A stretch of 63,945 bases of DNA, filler included, from Thelocarpon superellum (lineage: Eukaryota): assembly GCA_026025795.1 (NCBI GenBank). It is 4 parts of 4 records of this genome, joined end to end, with 100 filler letters (N's around TTAATTAATTAA, not from the genome) between each part and the next. Parts side by side here need not be neighbours in the genome. Positions count along the whole stretch, not along the records: positions 1 to 16,384 come from JAPEUG010000392.1; 3 more parts are not named here. One strand, 5' to 3'. Of the stretch, positions 1-12,235 are shown in pieces (within the stretch, counting starts at the first letter, position 1; every line of letters begins with the position of its first letter). The translations under genes were made by a program, and so were the position numbers. The notes below the pieces were generated by a model. The model was given only the letters and a program-made list of their open reading frames with translations. It searched no databases and was not told the DNA's origin.

Positions 1-657
1 TAGTGAATGCGATACTAGTCCAGGCGGATTCGTCTCAGGTATTCGTCTAAGCTGGGTTCAACCTGGCAGATCTCCTTGGCGGCTACGGCACAAATCGGTT
101 CAAGTACTCGTACAAGCACGGGTTCTCGTCCCGGCTCAGTTGGATTCCTCGCCTCGCCACACCATGACAATCCTTGGTCAAGATCCTGAGGTAAGGCCTC
201 TTGGGGGCCGCGGTCGATGCCGGCACCGAGGACTCCGGACTCGAGCTTGGATTTAGGTAGTTAGGCTGCCCATAGGAATCCTTTTACCGAGCGGCTGATA
301 CTATGAAAGTGGTGGGGCGATTATTGCTGCATTGAGGCGCCTAACGTCACAGGCATTGCAAGCAGGTCGAAGCCAGCCAATGATAGATGATGTGTTATGA
401 GTCGGGCCGGCAATCTTCAGAACTTGGACCACAATGTGTCCAAACATCCTTCAACCTTTGCCATATCCTTGTTATGTCGAAGCGGACGGCTATTTCTCTC
501 ATTCCCTACAACATGCGTCTATATGCCTACGAGTGCCAACATCGTACAAGAAGCAGAACTCGTCCTCGACGGTATCGTGGACAAGCTTCGTTGAATCCCC
601 CTCAAGCCATGCCTGGCTCCTGACATCAGGTCTTGTTTCTTTGGTCCTTTCAACGTG

Positions 658-3484
658 ATGCGCTTCTCACTGGAGATCGTGCTTTTCTTGCTGGCCCGGA
701 TCGCCACCGGGTCCATTCCGTCTCCGGTGAGTAGTCTAGTCATCCTGCAAGACCCTCAAGCATGCTGCAGGCGTGAGTCTCGCTGAAGCCACCTGCTGAC
801 CTTTCATAGTCGAGCCCAACGATATATCTCGATAACGTCGACTCCGTCACTGAATCCGGCGCCCAGTCGTTCCAGGCCTCGCCGCCAAAGTACCCCTCAC
901 CGTGGGGTAGTGGTACGGGCGGGTGGCACGATGCCTACAGCAAAGCCCGCGTCTTCGTCTCTCAGCTCACGCTCGAGGAGAAAGTCAACTTGACCTCGGG
1001 CATCGGCTACGCGCAGGGTAACTGTGTCGGGAATACCGGAGACGTCCCACGCTTGAACTTCTCCGGCTTCTGCCTGAACGATGGTCCGGTGGGAATCCGG
1101 GGAGGTAAGTGTGTGATATGCAGAGGACCACAGACTCCACCGAGGCGTCCTAACTGACGGCCTTCAGCCGATAATGCGTCTGCATTCCCCGCCGGCCTCC
1201 ACGTCGCCGCGACGTGGGATCGGCGTCTGATGTATGATCGGGGCAAGGCCATCGGCAGCGAATTTCGCGACAAGGGCATCGATGTCATGCTCGGACCCGT
1301 CGCCGGTCCTCTGGGACGATCACCGGAAGGCGGTCGCAATTGGGAGGGTTAGATTGATCCATGGCCCTTCTGGTGATGCCCAATTCTGATTGAGTCCATC
1401 TAGGCTTTGGTCCCGATCCAGTTCTGACCGGCGTCGCCATGGCGCAGACGGTCAAGGGCATCCAAGATGCCGGCGTCATCGCGTGCGCCAAGCACTTCAT
1501 CGGCAACGAGCAAGAATTTCTCCGCCTCGCCTTCGAGTTCCCCATGTCCAACATCACGGAGAGCTACAGCGCCAACATCGACGACGTAGCCATGCACGAA
1601 CTCTACCTCTGGCCCTTTGCCGATGCGGTGCGCGCCGGGGTGGGCGGCGTCATGTGCGCGCTGACGCAAGCCAACAACAGCTACAGCTGCCAGAACAGCT
1701 ACCTGCTCAATCATCTGTTGAAAGATGAGCTCGACTTCCAGGGCTTCGTGGTGTCCGACTGGGGCGCCCACCAGTCTGGTGTCGGCGGCGCTTTGGCCGG
1801 CATGGACATGTCCATGCCGGGCGATGGCTTTGGCAACGGCCAGTCCATGTGGGGGGCCAATCTGACGCTCGCCGTGGTGAATGGCTCGGTGGCGGACTGG
1901 CGGATCGACGACATGGCCACGCGTATCATGGCCGCCTACTACCAGGTAGGCCGGGACCACAGCAGGGTGCCCGTCAACTTCAACTCGTTTACGCTTGACA
2001 CCTACGGCTACGTGCATTCCCTGGTGGGACAGGGTTACCAGCTGGTCAATCAGCATGTCAACGTACAAGATGATCATGCCAAGATCATTCGCGAGGTCGC
2101 GGCCAAGGGCAGCGTCTTGCTCAAGAACGTCGGCAAGACGCTCCCGCTCGACAAGCCCAAGAACCTCGCGGTGGTGGGTCGAGATGCTGGCGACATCCCC
2201 GAAGGCCCCAACACCTGTATCTTGAACACGTGTGACACTGGCACGCTGCCTTACGGGTGGGGAAGTGGCGTTGGCCAGCTCCCGTACCTAATCAGCCCCT
2301 TGTCGGCTCTGCAGCAGCAAGCCGCGGCCGACGACACATTGCTGACGTCCATCACCGACAACTATAACCTCTCGGGCGTCACCGACATTGCCAGCAAGGC
2401 CGACACCGCGATTGTTTTCGTGAATGCCGACTCGGGCGAGGCTCATTGGCCGGTGGACAACAACTACGGAGACCGCAACAACCTGACCTTCTGGCAGAAT
2501 GGCGACGCCGTCATCGCCTCCGTCGCGGCGGCGTGCAAAAATACTATTGTCGTGATGCACACGGTCGGACCGGTCTTGATCGATGCCTTTGTCCACCATC
2601 CCAACATCACGGCGATCGTGTGGGCCGGTCTTCCCGCACAGGAATCCGGCAACGCCATCACCGACGTGTTGTATGGCAAGACGCCTCCGTCCGGTAAGAC
2701 GCCCTTTTCCTGGGCTGCGAAGCGAGAAGATTTCGGCACGGACATCGAGTACATCCCCAGCGGTCCTACGCCACAGATTGACTTCGTCGAGGGATCCTTC
2801 ATCGACTACCGTGCCATGGACAAGTTGAACATCACCCCGATCTTCGAGTTCGGTTTTGGCCTTGCGTATACCACGTTTGAGTATTCCAACCTGACCGTCA
2901 CCCCCAAGCAAAGCGACCCCTACCAGCCGGCGATGGGGGTGACCGGCGCAGCTCCGGTCCTGGGCAACTTCAGCACGAATCTCTCCGACTACCTCTTCCC
3001 ATCGGATTTCCCTCGCATTCCCTTGCTCGTCTACCCGTATCTCAACAACACCGATGCGGCCCAGGCTTCGGGCGACCCGCGATACGGCACGGGGAACGGG
3101 TCTTCCATTCCCGCGCACGCGCTCGATAGTGGCCCGCAGCCGGTGGCGCCCGCAGGGGGGGCACCGGGTGGCAACGCGGGTCTATATGATACTGTGTATC
3201 ACGTCACGGCGACAGTCCGAAATACGGGAGACCGACAGTCGGACGAGGTGGCGCAGCTCTACCTCAACCTTGGTGGACCCAACGACCCCAAGGTCGTGCT
3301 CCGTGGCTTCGACCGTCTCAGCATCAGCCCCGGCGATTCGGTCGTCTTCGCCGTCAATCTCACGCGCCGTGACATCTCCAACTGGGACCCCGTCTCCCAG
3401 AATTGGGTCGTCACCACATACCCTAAGACCGTATTTGTGGGTCGCTCTTCACGCTCGCTACCTTTGACACAACAGCTCCCGTAA
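658..3484 (+). CDS. Secreted GH3 beta-glucosidase (BglA/Bgl1 type), 4 exons
   Basis: Exons 658-726, 810-1104, 1168-1347, 1404-3484 join in frame over GT-AG introns. Signal-peptide-like MRFSLEIVLFLLARIATGS. GH3 motifs: SPPKYPSPW, LTLEEKVNLT, GGRNWEGFGPDP, KHFIGNEQE, GFVVSDW (nucleophile), NADSGE (acid/base), FEFGFGLAYTTF, and a C-terminal FnIII-like LRGFDR. Confidence 0.95.
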
Positions 3485-4275
3485 GCATACACGGAACAAA
3501 GGTCGGGGAGACATCGCGAAAGTGGACGCGCGCGATCTATCCTAGCCTGGTCCGGATCATCGCGATGTGACGATGGAGCGGTTCTGGGTTTCCGACGAAG
3601 CCATGCCTTTCGCACTAGGCCCTGGAAGCTAGTTCGAACACTCTGATGCGTCGTGGAAGCGGTCTGACTAGATCTGCATGGGCGACGAGAGGTTGCATAA
3701 TCTCTCTCGAGGTCGGCCAGACTTGGACCTGTGCCAAGTCTAGGAGACAGGCTGTCAGCAGCTACCCCGTGTTCAGCTCGAGCGTCAGACCGAAGATCAA
3801 CACGAGACACCCCGCCAAGATATTGTCATCAACCTTCGTATGCCACGCGGTAGTTGTGGCTCTACCGCGCTGTATGACGTTAGTTGTAAACTCGTAGTCG
3901 CTCAAGTGGGAAGAACAAGCGCTAGCGCCAATGCTCGGCCAGGCACCGTGGCACCTGCTTCAGATGACGGCTATACTTACCGGATAACTCCACTACATGA
4001 CTGGAATTCGATTTCACCCTGCAACAAAGATCTCATACATAACAACAGTATCATAGTAGTCTGCCGCAAAGAGCATGGCTGGATGCCGGGGAGATATGGT
4101 CGATAAGCAGCCTAGGATATCTTCTGGCCTTGTGGCCGGATGGGCTGATCAAGCACCTGGCAATCGGATTGGCCCCCCAGATGATCTCGTTCGTGGCTTG
4201 CGCCGCCAGCCGTACGTGTACTCGTATAAGCACGGAACATTCCGTGCTCGCACCGTGCCGAGCATGAATCCGTTC

Positions 4276-4531
4276 TGTCAGGCTCTTGGCCCCTTGTCTC
4301 TAGAAGCAGAATGATTGATTGCTCTTGTTATGCCTTCGGCAGGATGCTTATGAGTTGGTTCTCCTATCTAGCTAGGTAGCCCACGGTGGCATATACCCAG
4401 GCTAATCCAAGGTCACCTAACTGTGCAGTCAGGTAGCCACGTGACAGCTCTCCTAGCTAGGCTAAGCAACGGTTGCTATACGTAGATGCTGTAGGTCACG
4501 TGGCAGACACGTGACCCTGCCAGCCCTCACA
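4276..4531. mobile_element. Solo-LTR-like dispersed repeat, copy A (256 bp)
   Basis: Ends TGTCAGG...CCTCACA (TG..CA, 6/7 inverted match). Flanks CGTTC and CCTTC (4/5, putative 5-bp TSD). Blocks 4276-4320 and 4451-4531 align by eye (about 40/45 and 66/82) to the reverse complement of 59829-59959 on another contig. Confidence 0.7.
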
Positions 4532-4804
4532 CCTTCCGTGAAACATGTTATGCTCGACATGCAGATCGCGCCAAAGATCCCGTGTATGTTGGGTGGCTGA
4601 GGACCGGATGATTCCTAAAGGAAAGACGCCTACCCGTGGCGTGTGAGTTATCCGTGGAAAGCTCATGTTCCATTCAACGACCTCCATTGCTGATCCCGAT
4701 GAAGCCCGCGAGCATCAGCGACTCCCCAAGGCCGCCTGGTGCATCGGTCCGTTGACCCATTGATCCATTGGAGCTTCTGATCACCCCCGCTGGTCCCCCG
4801 AATC

Positions 4805-7800
4805 ATGGAGCGGTAGGTCTTGACTCTCTCCGTGCGCTCCCGCTGCCATCCCTCGTGCTGACATGATGATCGTCAGCTCCTCAAGCGACATCCGACGCAT
4901 CGCCTTGCAGAAGATCGCCGTGTTGTCAGCGACCTCACCATCCCCCACTCCCTCTGTCGAGCGGGCCGATCTCGACCGCATCTCTCGTGCATGTCCCTCC
5001 CGGACTGGTCGGCCGAATGGCCCGGCCGGGGGTATCAGTCGTGCCTCCCGCTCCGTCTCCAAAGTCCCCATGGGCCTGCGAGAGCTGGAGGCCCTGCTGG
5101 CGCTCTGTAAGGCCGCGCCGTTGTTGCCCACCATCGAGCAGGCCAAGAGGCTCCTGGAACAGCTCTCACCCTACCTGCTCGAATCCCACGTCCAGACCTT
5201 CGCCCCCTCCCCCTATCTACGCGACATCGACCCCTCGCCATGGGAGGCCCTCACCTTCGCCCTGGCCTCGGCCCTGCTCGCCATCGGCCTGAATCACCCG
5301 TCGCTGCGCGAGTCCGTGCAGAACAAGGTGACGTATTTCCTCGAGCAGTGCCTGCTCACCGTCACCTCGCTCCCGTCGCGGCGCGCGCGCGAGGAGGGCC
5401 CGGAGGATGCCGATGGCGGTGAGGTCATGCCCGTGGCCCCTCTCACCCTCTCGCTCCTTGGCTTCCTGGACGCGGCCAGCAGCCATGCGAATTTCTGGTC
5501 CACGCCCGAGAAGCTCCAGGCCATTCAGCAGGTGAAGCGTATTCTCTCCGAGAACTTCTTGGTCGCCATCGAGACCGCCTTTTCCACCGTCCGCAATTCC
5601 CATGGGCCACACCCGCTGCTGCGAGACTGGCGACGATATGCCCGCGACTACGCCGCCGTGGGCCGGCCCCTCGGTGCCATGCTCCTCCAGCGGGGCTTCA
5701 TGCGCTTCATCGTCTCCTGCACCTCCCTCCTTGTCGCTCCACCTGCCCTGCTGCGTGGCACCGACGTGCTGGATGTGCTCATGGCTACGTCCGAGCCGAA
5801 AGCAAGCAACGGCAACCCTGCGTCCGATGAGTTGAACGAGGTGGACGAGGCCGCCATCGACGCCCTGACCGACATCCTGTTCGACGAGATGAGCTTGTTG
5901 GAGGATGGCGCCGACTTCCTACAGCTCGGCTCGGCATGGCAGCAGCGACTTGCCTTCGCCGTCAAGGCGTACGTTGTGACGGCCTTTGTCAACTGCGTCC
6001 GGCTTGACCAAAGCGTGGCCGATGCGGACCTGCTGATGACCTGGCTCGAGGACACCATGGCCGACCCCGTGCAGATGTCGGACGACACCCTGGCGAGCGC
6101 GGTGCTGAAATGTACGGCCATCTTGGCCGCGCTCTCGCCCGCATTCGCCAGCAAATCCAGTCGGTCCCTCCCACGTTTCATCGTCCAGGGCGGAGCTCGC
6201 GGCCCGACTGTGGCCGTGGCGGCCACATGCCTAGCCACGGTGCTGCAGCGTCTGTCGCAAGACGCCATCATCACCACTCTCTATACCCTCGGCAACGTGC
6301 TGAGCGCCGGGGCAACCGGCGACAAGGCGGCGAACGGCCTCGCCACGCCGACCGGGCCAACCACGCCGACAGCACATCGGCTCTCGACGCAAAACCCCGA
6401 CCCAAACACGGGCAGCGCCATCTCGCTCGCGATGCATGGCGAGGAAGAGACGTCGGTCGTTCACGACAACGTCATCCAGGCCATTGTCGGTATCGCCACC
6501 CGCTGCAAGGACGACAAGATCACGGCCCTGGCCCAATCTATGCTGGTGCAGAAAGTTGGCAAGATCAGCCCCGCGGTCGACGCGCGCATCATCGCCGAGG
6601 CCGCCGCACTTGGGGTCGCTGGAGGGCCACAGGAACTGCGGGCCATCCTGCGCCTGTACGCCCGCCTCAGCCACGACAGCGCGTCGCGCGAGAACCCCGT
6701 CTTCATCAGCGCCGTGCTCGGCGCGCGCACCTACCTGTCGACGACGCTGACGCAGGAGTCACCGCTGCGCGAGCTCTACCTCGTGCACTTGCTCGAGACC
6801 ATCATCGGCATCGGCGACGTGCACGAGGGCGAGCACACGCGAGAGGTCGACGTGGAGCTGGCGGCCCGTGAGATCGCGCAGCTCCTGCGGCCCCTGGCCC
6901 TGTTGCTGTCGTCAGGCGAGGTCAGAGGCCACACGGATGCGCCCCGGGGGGATGCCATCCTCGCCCTGCACCGCGACGCCTGGTTCAACGTGGTCGTCCA
7001 TGGCTTCACGACCTCGTCGGAATTAGGTCGAAAGCATCGCGGCGATCTGCAACAGATTGCCATCCGGTCACCGCCCTTGATCGCCGAGCACGGCACGGAT
7101 CTGCTGGAGAGCGACGTCGAGCTCAACACGGTGCTGCGACGAGGGATGAATCCCCAGCATACGGTGGAGGAGAAGCGGGCGCTGGCGGCCCTCTTGCCCA
7201 ACCAGGAGGCGGACGTTCGGGGCCTCAGCTACTCCAAGATCATGTTCCTCCGCGCGGCCTCCTTCCTCGAGAGCCTCCGAGCCGATGCGGGCGACTGCAC
7301 CAAGGTCTTGGCCTACTTCCAGGACCCCATCCTGCGCGTGGGCGAGATGGCCAACGTCATGACAGGCATCAGTGACGAGGTCATGGACATCTACGTGCGC
7401 AAGGCACGGCGCGGCACGGATACACGCTTCGCCGCGCCGCGGGTGGCGGAACAACTCGCCCAGATCTTCGCCGGCTGCTGTCACCGTGTCGTCAAGGTGC
7501 AGACCGTGGCGGCCATGTGTGCGGAACGGATCGTGCGGGACACCCCCTCGGCGTTGTGTCAGCGCTCGTCCATCTTCGCCCTCCTCGAGCTGCTCTCCAT
7601 CATGTGGCGCAGCTGTCTGGAGGCGGAGACGGACGAATATGCGTGGAAATCCACCTTCACCTCCACGCGGGGCAAGGTCACCGTCGAGCTATCCGACGAC
7701 TACGCCTTGCGCCGGAGGACGCTGAACGCGCTGTCCAAGCGTGCGCGGGGCTGGATGATGAAGGTGATGAACATTGCGCCGCTCAACGTCAAGGGGCTCC

Positions 7801-10800
7801 TGCAGGTAAGCCATCTCGTCTCCGCCTCGTCACGACCAGTCGTAACCCTTCCCGCAGACGTACCTGTCCGATTATGACGACAATGGCGCGTACGGACACG
7901 TCTCCCTCGGACGATCCGTTGCGCTCGACCTGGGCTCCACCGTGCCCACGGCCGATCAACGACTGGGTAGGTTCCCGGCGTTGTCCTTGGGACGGGCGCT
8001 GGCCCTGGTGTCGAACTGACTCTGACAGGAGCCATCGACCGGCATGGTGACGTGATGCTGAACACGGCGTCGGACTTCATGGCGCAGTACACCACGCGCC
8101 AGGAATACCGCTTCGCGGACCCGCTGCCGGACCATGATCAAGACTGGGTCCGCTTCATGCACCTGGGTGAGTGACTCCCTCACTCCCGCTCGTGCGAGCC
8201 GTCCCCCTGACGGGTGGCAGAAAACCCCACAGTCACGTTGCCCGCCACTGCGGGCCCAGAAGAGGATGCGACGACGATCCTGGCGCACCTCGAGGCGCGG
8301 ACGGCAGACCACAAGTTTGTGTCCATCGGCGAACTTCGCGACGTGCTTCGTCGCGCGGCCGCGCTGCTGTGCCGGTCGAAGAAAGACCAGTGCGCCATCG
8401 TGCATCACCTGGTCGGCATTCCCTTTGTCGTCTTCACCAAGCAGTCCATCAACCTGGGCGTCTCGCTCTGGATGGGCATCATCAACGAGAACCCGCGGAT
8501 GGGCACGCGGATCCTGATGGAGATTGCGGAGCAGTGGGAAGGGAGTGTGCGGAAGAAGATGGGCATCTTCAACGATCGTTTCCGGTGCGTGCCGCCGGCG
8601 TTGACTTCCGTCGGACGAGGCTCATGATGACAGGCATCCCGACCCCTTCTACCTCAAGGGAGAGTTCGCCCCGTCGGACAAGGACGCCTTGCTCAAGCGT
8701 CAACAGATGGCGCTCAACGTTATCGGGCCCCACCTCCGCATCCTGCAGTTTCTGGCGAGCCATTACCACGCGACGCGGCTGGGGAGCCCTCACGTGGAGA
8801 AGATCTTCCTGCGTCTGGTGCACGTCACGTTGGACGGACTGATGCACGCCACGACGCATCCGTTGGCGCGGGAGATCCGTCTTCAGATCGTCCTGCTGGG
8901 ACTCACCGTCCTACGCCATGGCACCAGCCTGGATGGCAAGGCGCAGTACCGGCTCAAGGATCGCATCCTCTCGGCCGCGCTAACCTGGTTCGCGGCCTTC
9001 CCACGCTGGTCGTTTGGCGGCAACCGGCTCCAAATCAAGGCGGAGGCGCACCTCCTCGCCGACGTGGCCACGGCGCTCCACGACGTGGCGTCGCTAGGAT
9101 CGTCGCCGCCGATGGCGGCGCGGTCGCCGAAGGCCAAAGAGGACCTGCTGCTCATGCTGCTGGATAACGAGCAGACGCGACTCATGGTGTGGCTCTACCC
9201 GCTGGATCACGAACGTCGCATGCCCTTTACCGCCAGCGCCAACAGTAAGGTGCCCACCGACGCCGCGCTGTCGGCCGTCTTGGCGACGGCGTGGGCGGAA
9301 CAGCCGGCGTTGGCGCTCGCCTTGGTGCAGCGCTTTCGGACGGCCAAGCTGGTACACGAGGTGCGCTGGCTCTTGTTGAATCACCCCCAGCAGGCCATCG
9401 GCGAGCCCGAGGCACTGGAGATCCTCCTCGGGCCGGGACTGCCCCCGGATCTGTCGTTTCAACTCAAGGTGAGCGGGCCGGTGGTGGGAGGCTGTCACCC
9501 GATAGACTGACGCGTGGTAGTATCTGCTCTACTGGGCGCCGGTGAACCCCATCACGGCGGTGACCTACTTCCTCCCGGCGTATGGGAACCAGCCGTTCGT
9601 GGTGCAGTATGCGATGCGCGCGCTGGAGAGCCACTCGGTGGACGTGACCTTCTTCTACGTGCCGCAGATCGTGCAGACGTTGCGCTACGACGCGCTCGGA
9701 TATGTGGAGCGATACATCATCGAGACGGCCAAGTTCTCGCAGCTGTTCGCGCACCAGATCATCTGGAACATGAAGGCCAACGCGTACAAGGACGAGGACT
9801 CGCAGGTGCCGGACGCGGTCAAGCCGAAGCTGGACCAGGTCACCGGCAGCCTGCTGTCGAGCTTCTCGGTCGTCGACAGGGCCTTTTACGAGCGCGAGTT
9901 CGGCTTCTTCAACGAGATCACCGACATCTCGGGCAAGCTGCGGCCCTACATCCGGCGGCCGAAGCCGGAGAAGAAGCAGAAGATCGAGGAGGAGCTGCGC
10001 AAGATCAAGGTGGAGGTGGGGGTGTACCTGCCCAGCAACCCGGACGGCGTGGTGATCGGCATCGACCGGCAGTCGGGCAAGCCGCTGCAGAGCCACGCCA
10101 AGGCGCCGTACATGGCGACGTTCCGGATCAAAAAGGCGCGCGGGCCGATGGAGGGGACGGAGCATCTGCTGGACGAGGCCAACCGGGGCACGCCCGGATC
10201 GACGGGGGCGGGGGCCGACACGCTCGAGGTGTGGCAGTCGGCCATCTTCAAGGTGGGGGACGACTGCCGGCAGGACGTGCTGGCGCTGCAGCTGATCGCC
10301 GCCTTCCGCGGCATCTTCAATCACGTGGGGCTGGATGTGTACGTCTACCCCTACCGGGTGACGGCGACGGCACCGGGGTGCGGCGTCATCGACGTGCTGC
10401 CCAACGCCATCTCGCGCGACATGCTGGGCCGCGAGGCGGTCAACGGGCTGTACGACTACTTCCTGACCAAGTACGGCGGGCCGGACTCGATCCGCTTTCA
10501 GGAGGCGCGCAACAACTTTGTCAAGAGCATGGCGGCCTACTCGGTCATCTCGTATCTGCTGCAGTTCAAGGACCGGCACAACGGGAACATCATGGTGGAC
10601 GAGGCGGGGCATATCCTGCACATTGGTGAGTCCGAGCGACGTGCGACGCGAGGCGCACGGTGCGGGGCACCGCGGGAAGGACCAAGCTGACGGACGGCAG
10701 ACTTTGGCTTTTGCTTCGATATTGCGCCGGGCGGGGTCAAGTTTGAGCGGGCGCCGTTTAAGCTCACGTCGGAGATGGTGGCGGTGATGGGCGGGTCGAC

Positions 10801-11086
10801 GGAGTCGCAGTCGTACCAGTGGTTCGAGGAGCTCTGCATCAAGGCCTTCCTGGCCGCCCGGCCGTACGTGGAGCAGCTGGTGCACGTGGTGATTGTCATG
10901 CTCGACAGCGGCCTGCCCTGCTTCAAGCCCGACACGATCCAGCACTTCCGCGAGCGCTTCGTCCTCGAGAAGACGGAGCGGGAAGCGGCCGAGTTTATGC
11001 GCGACCTGATCAAGAAGAGCCACACCAACTACTCGACCAACGTCTACGACCAATTCCAGCTGCTCACCAACGGGATTCCGTATTGA
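4805..11086 (+). CDS. STT4: Phosphatidylinositol 4-kinase type III alpha
   Basis: ATG 4805. Introns at about 4813-4876, 7806-7857, 7967-8028, 8167-8220, 8586-8633, 9469-9520, 10627-10701. Long helical N-terminus, PIK domain (FFYVPQIVQTLRYD), kinase motifs IFKVGDDCRQD, DRHNGN, HIDFGF, and C-terminal TNGIPY. Confidence 0.96.
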
Positions 11087-12235
11087 TGAGTTTGCTCTTT
11101 TCTCGCACTAGCTCATGTATGCATAGCTCAAGCTTAAATGGCATTGCCATGAAACACCATGGCTTCGTTATATGAGGATTGCTTCCGATGTATGTCTCGT
11201 GGTGTGTGGATGATTCAGGAGCGTTCCCGGAAACAGGTCGATCCCCCAAGACGGACCAGCCACGGAGAATGGAGTCGCTCTTGGTCGTCTTTCCTCGTCG
11301 ACAACATTTCCACCGAGTACTCAACACGCGCCTCGCCGCCAATCGAGATGGTCTTTCCCGACGCGTCCCCCACGGCGATAAGTTGGTACCAACGAGTCGC
11401 TGTGGGTTGCGGCTCGTGAGCCACGACGGAGATCTCTTGTCGACGCGTCACAAGTCCACATGCCACGTCTTCAGATCGACCACGTCCAAGGCGATGTGAC
11501 ATGCAGCTTTCACTTCTCCACGGGACGTTCCATGGTGTGTAACCGTCCTGCGTATCCAGGTGAGACTCTTCTGAGCGACCCGGCGGCATCGGATCGGACA
11601 GGTTCCGGGTGCCAAGTCTTCGGTTCGCCAGCGGCCCCACTGGTCCGAGCGAGCGAGCGAGCGCCCGGTGCCCGGTGCTCCAGCCAGCGCCCGTGAGACA
11701 TCGGCGTGTTCTGTTCCCTTAAGCGAACGCGCCCTTTCCCCCAACGACTAAGTAGGTGCGAGTTGCGAGTTCACGAACGTATGTATGCTGCCCGTACGCG
11801 ACTGGGTCAAACGGGCCCGCTGCCCGCTGGCCCGCGAGTCAGGCGGGACAAGGCGAGGCGCGCTTGGGTCGCTGCAAGTCTGCTGCACCCACGTTTTCCG
11901 CGTGATTTAGACTTTCTCATGCCTCCCACCATTCGCCGCCATACTCTATCTGGCGTGAGCAGCCGGAAAGATGGAGCTGCGAGACTCCAGGTGTGTAGTG
12001 CGTGGTGGATGACTCGTCCGTCCGGACCAAGCCAACCACGCCGGTCGGCCTCCGGAGTCGTTAAGATCCGGGGACAAGTCGCATCATCGATCCCAACACG
12101 ACACAAGTAGATGTACCGGCGCGTGAATGCGTCGCCCATCTGCAACTGTGCCTCCGGTCCTTACCTGACGCTCTTTTTCTCGCGCTTCTTCGCCTCTTCT
12201 TCTTGACGACGAGCGCACCTCGTGAAGCGCTTGCC

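Noticed and set aside
727..809. Internal CAG-GC-GTGAGT in GH3 intron 1 as a 2-nt micro-exon or twin intron
   Set aside because: Single-intron removal already gives the correct frame; including 2 nt would frameshift the gene.
9464..11053. Long antisense or alternate-frame ORFs (also 36607-38214, 61716-63878, 12921-14099, 56968-58005)
   Set aside because: They shadow real genes with very high GC3, which suppresses stop codons on the opposite strand, and they carry no recognisable motifs.
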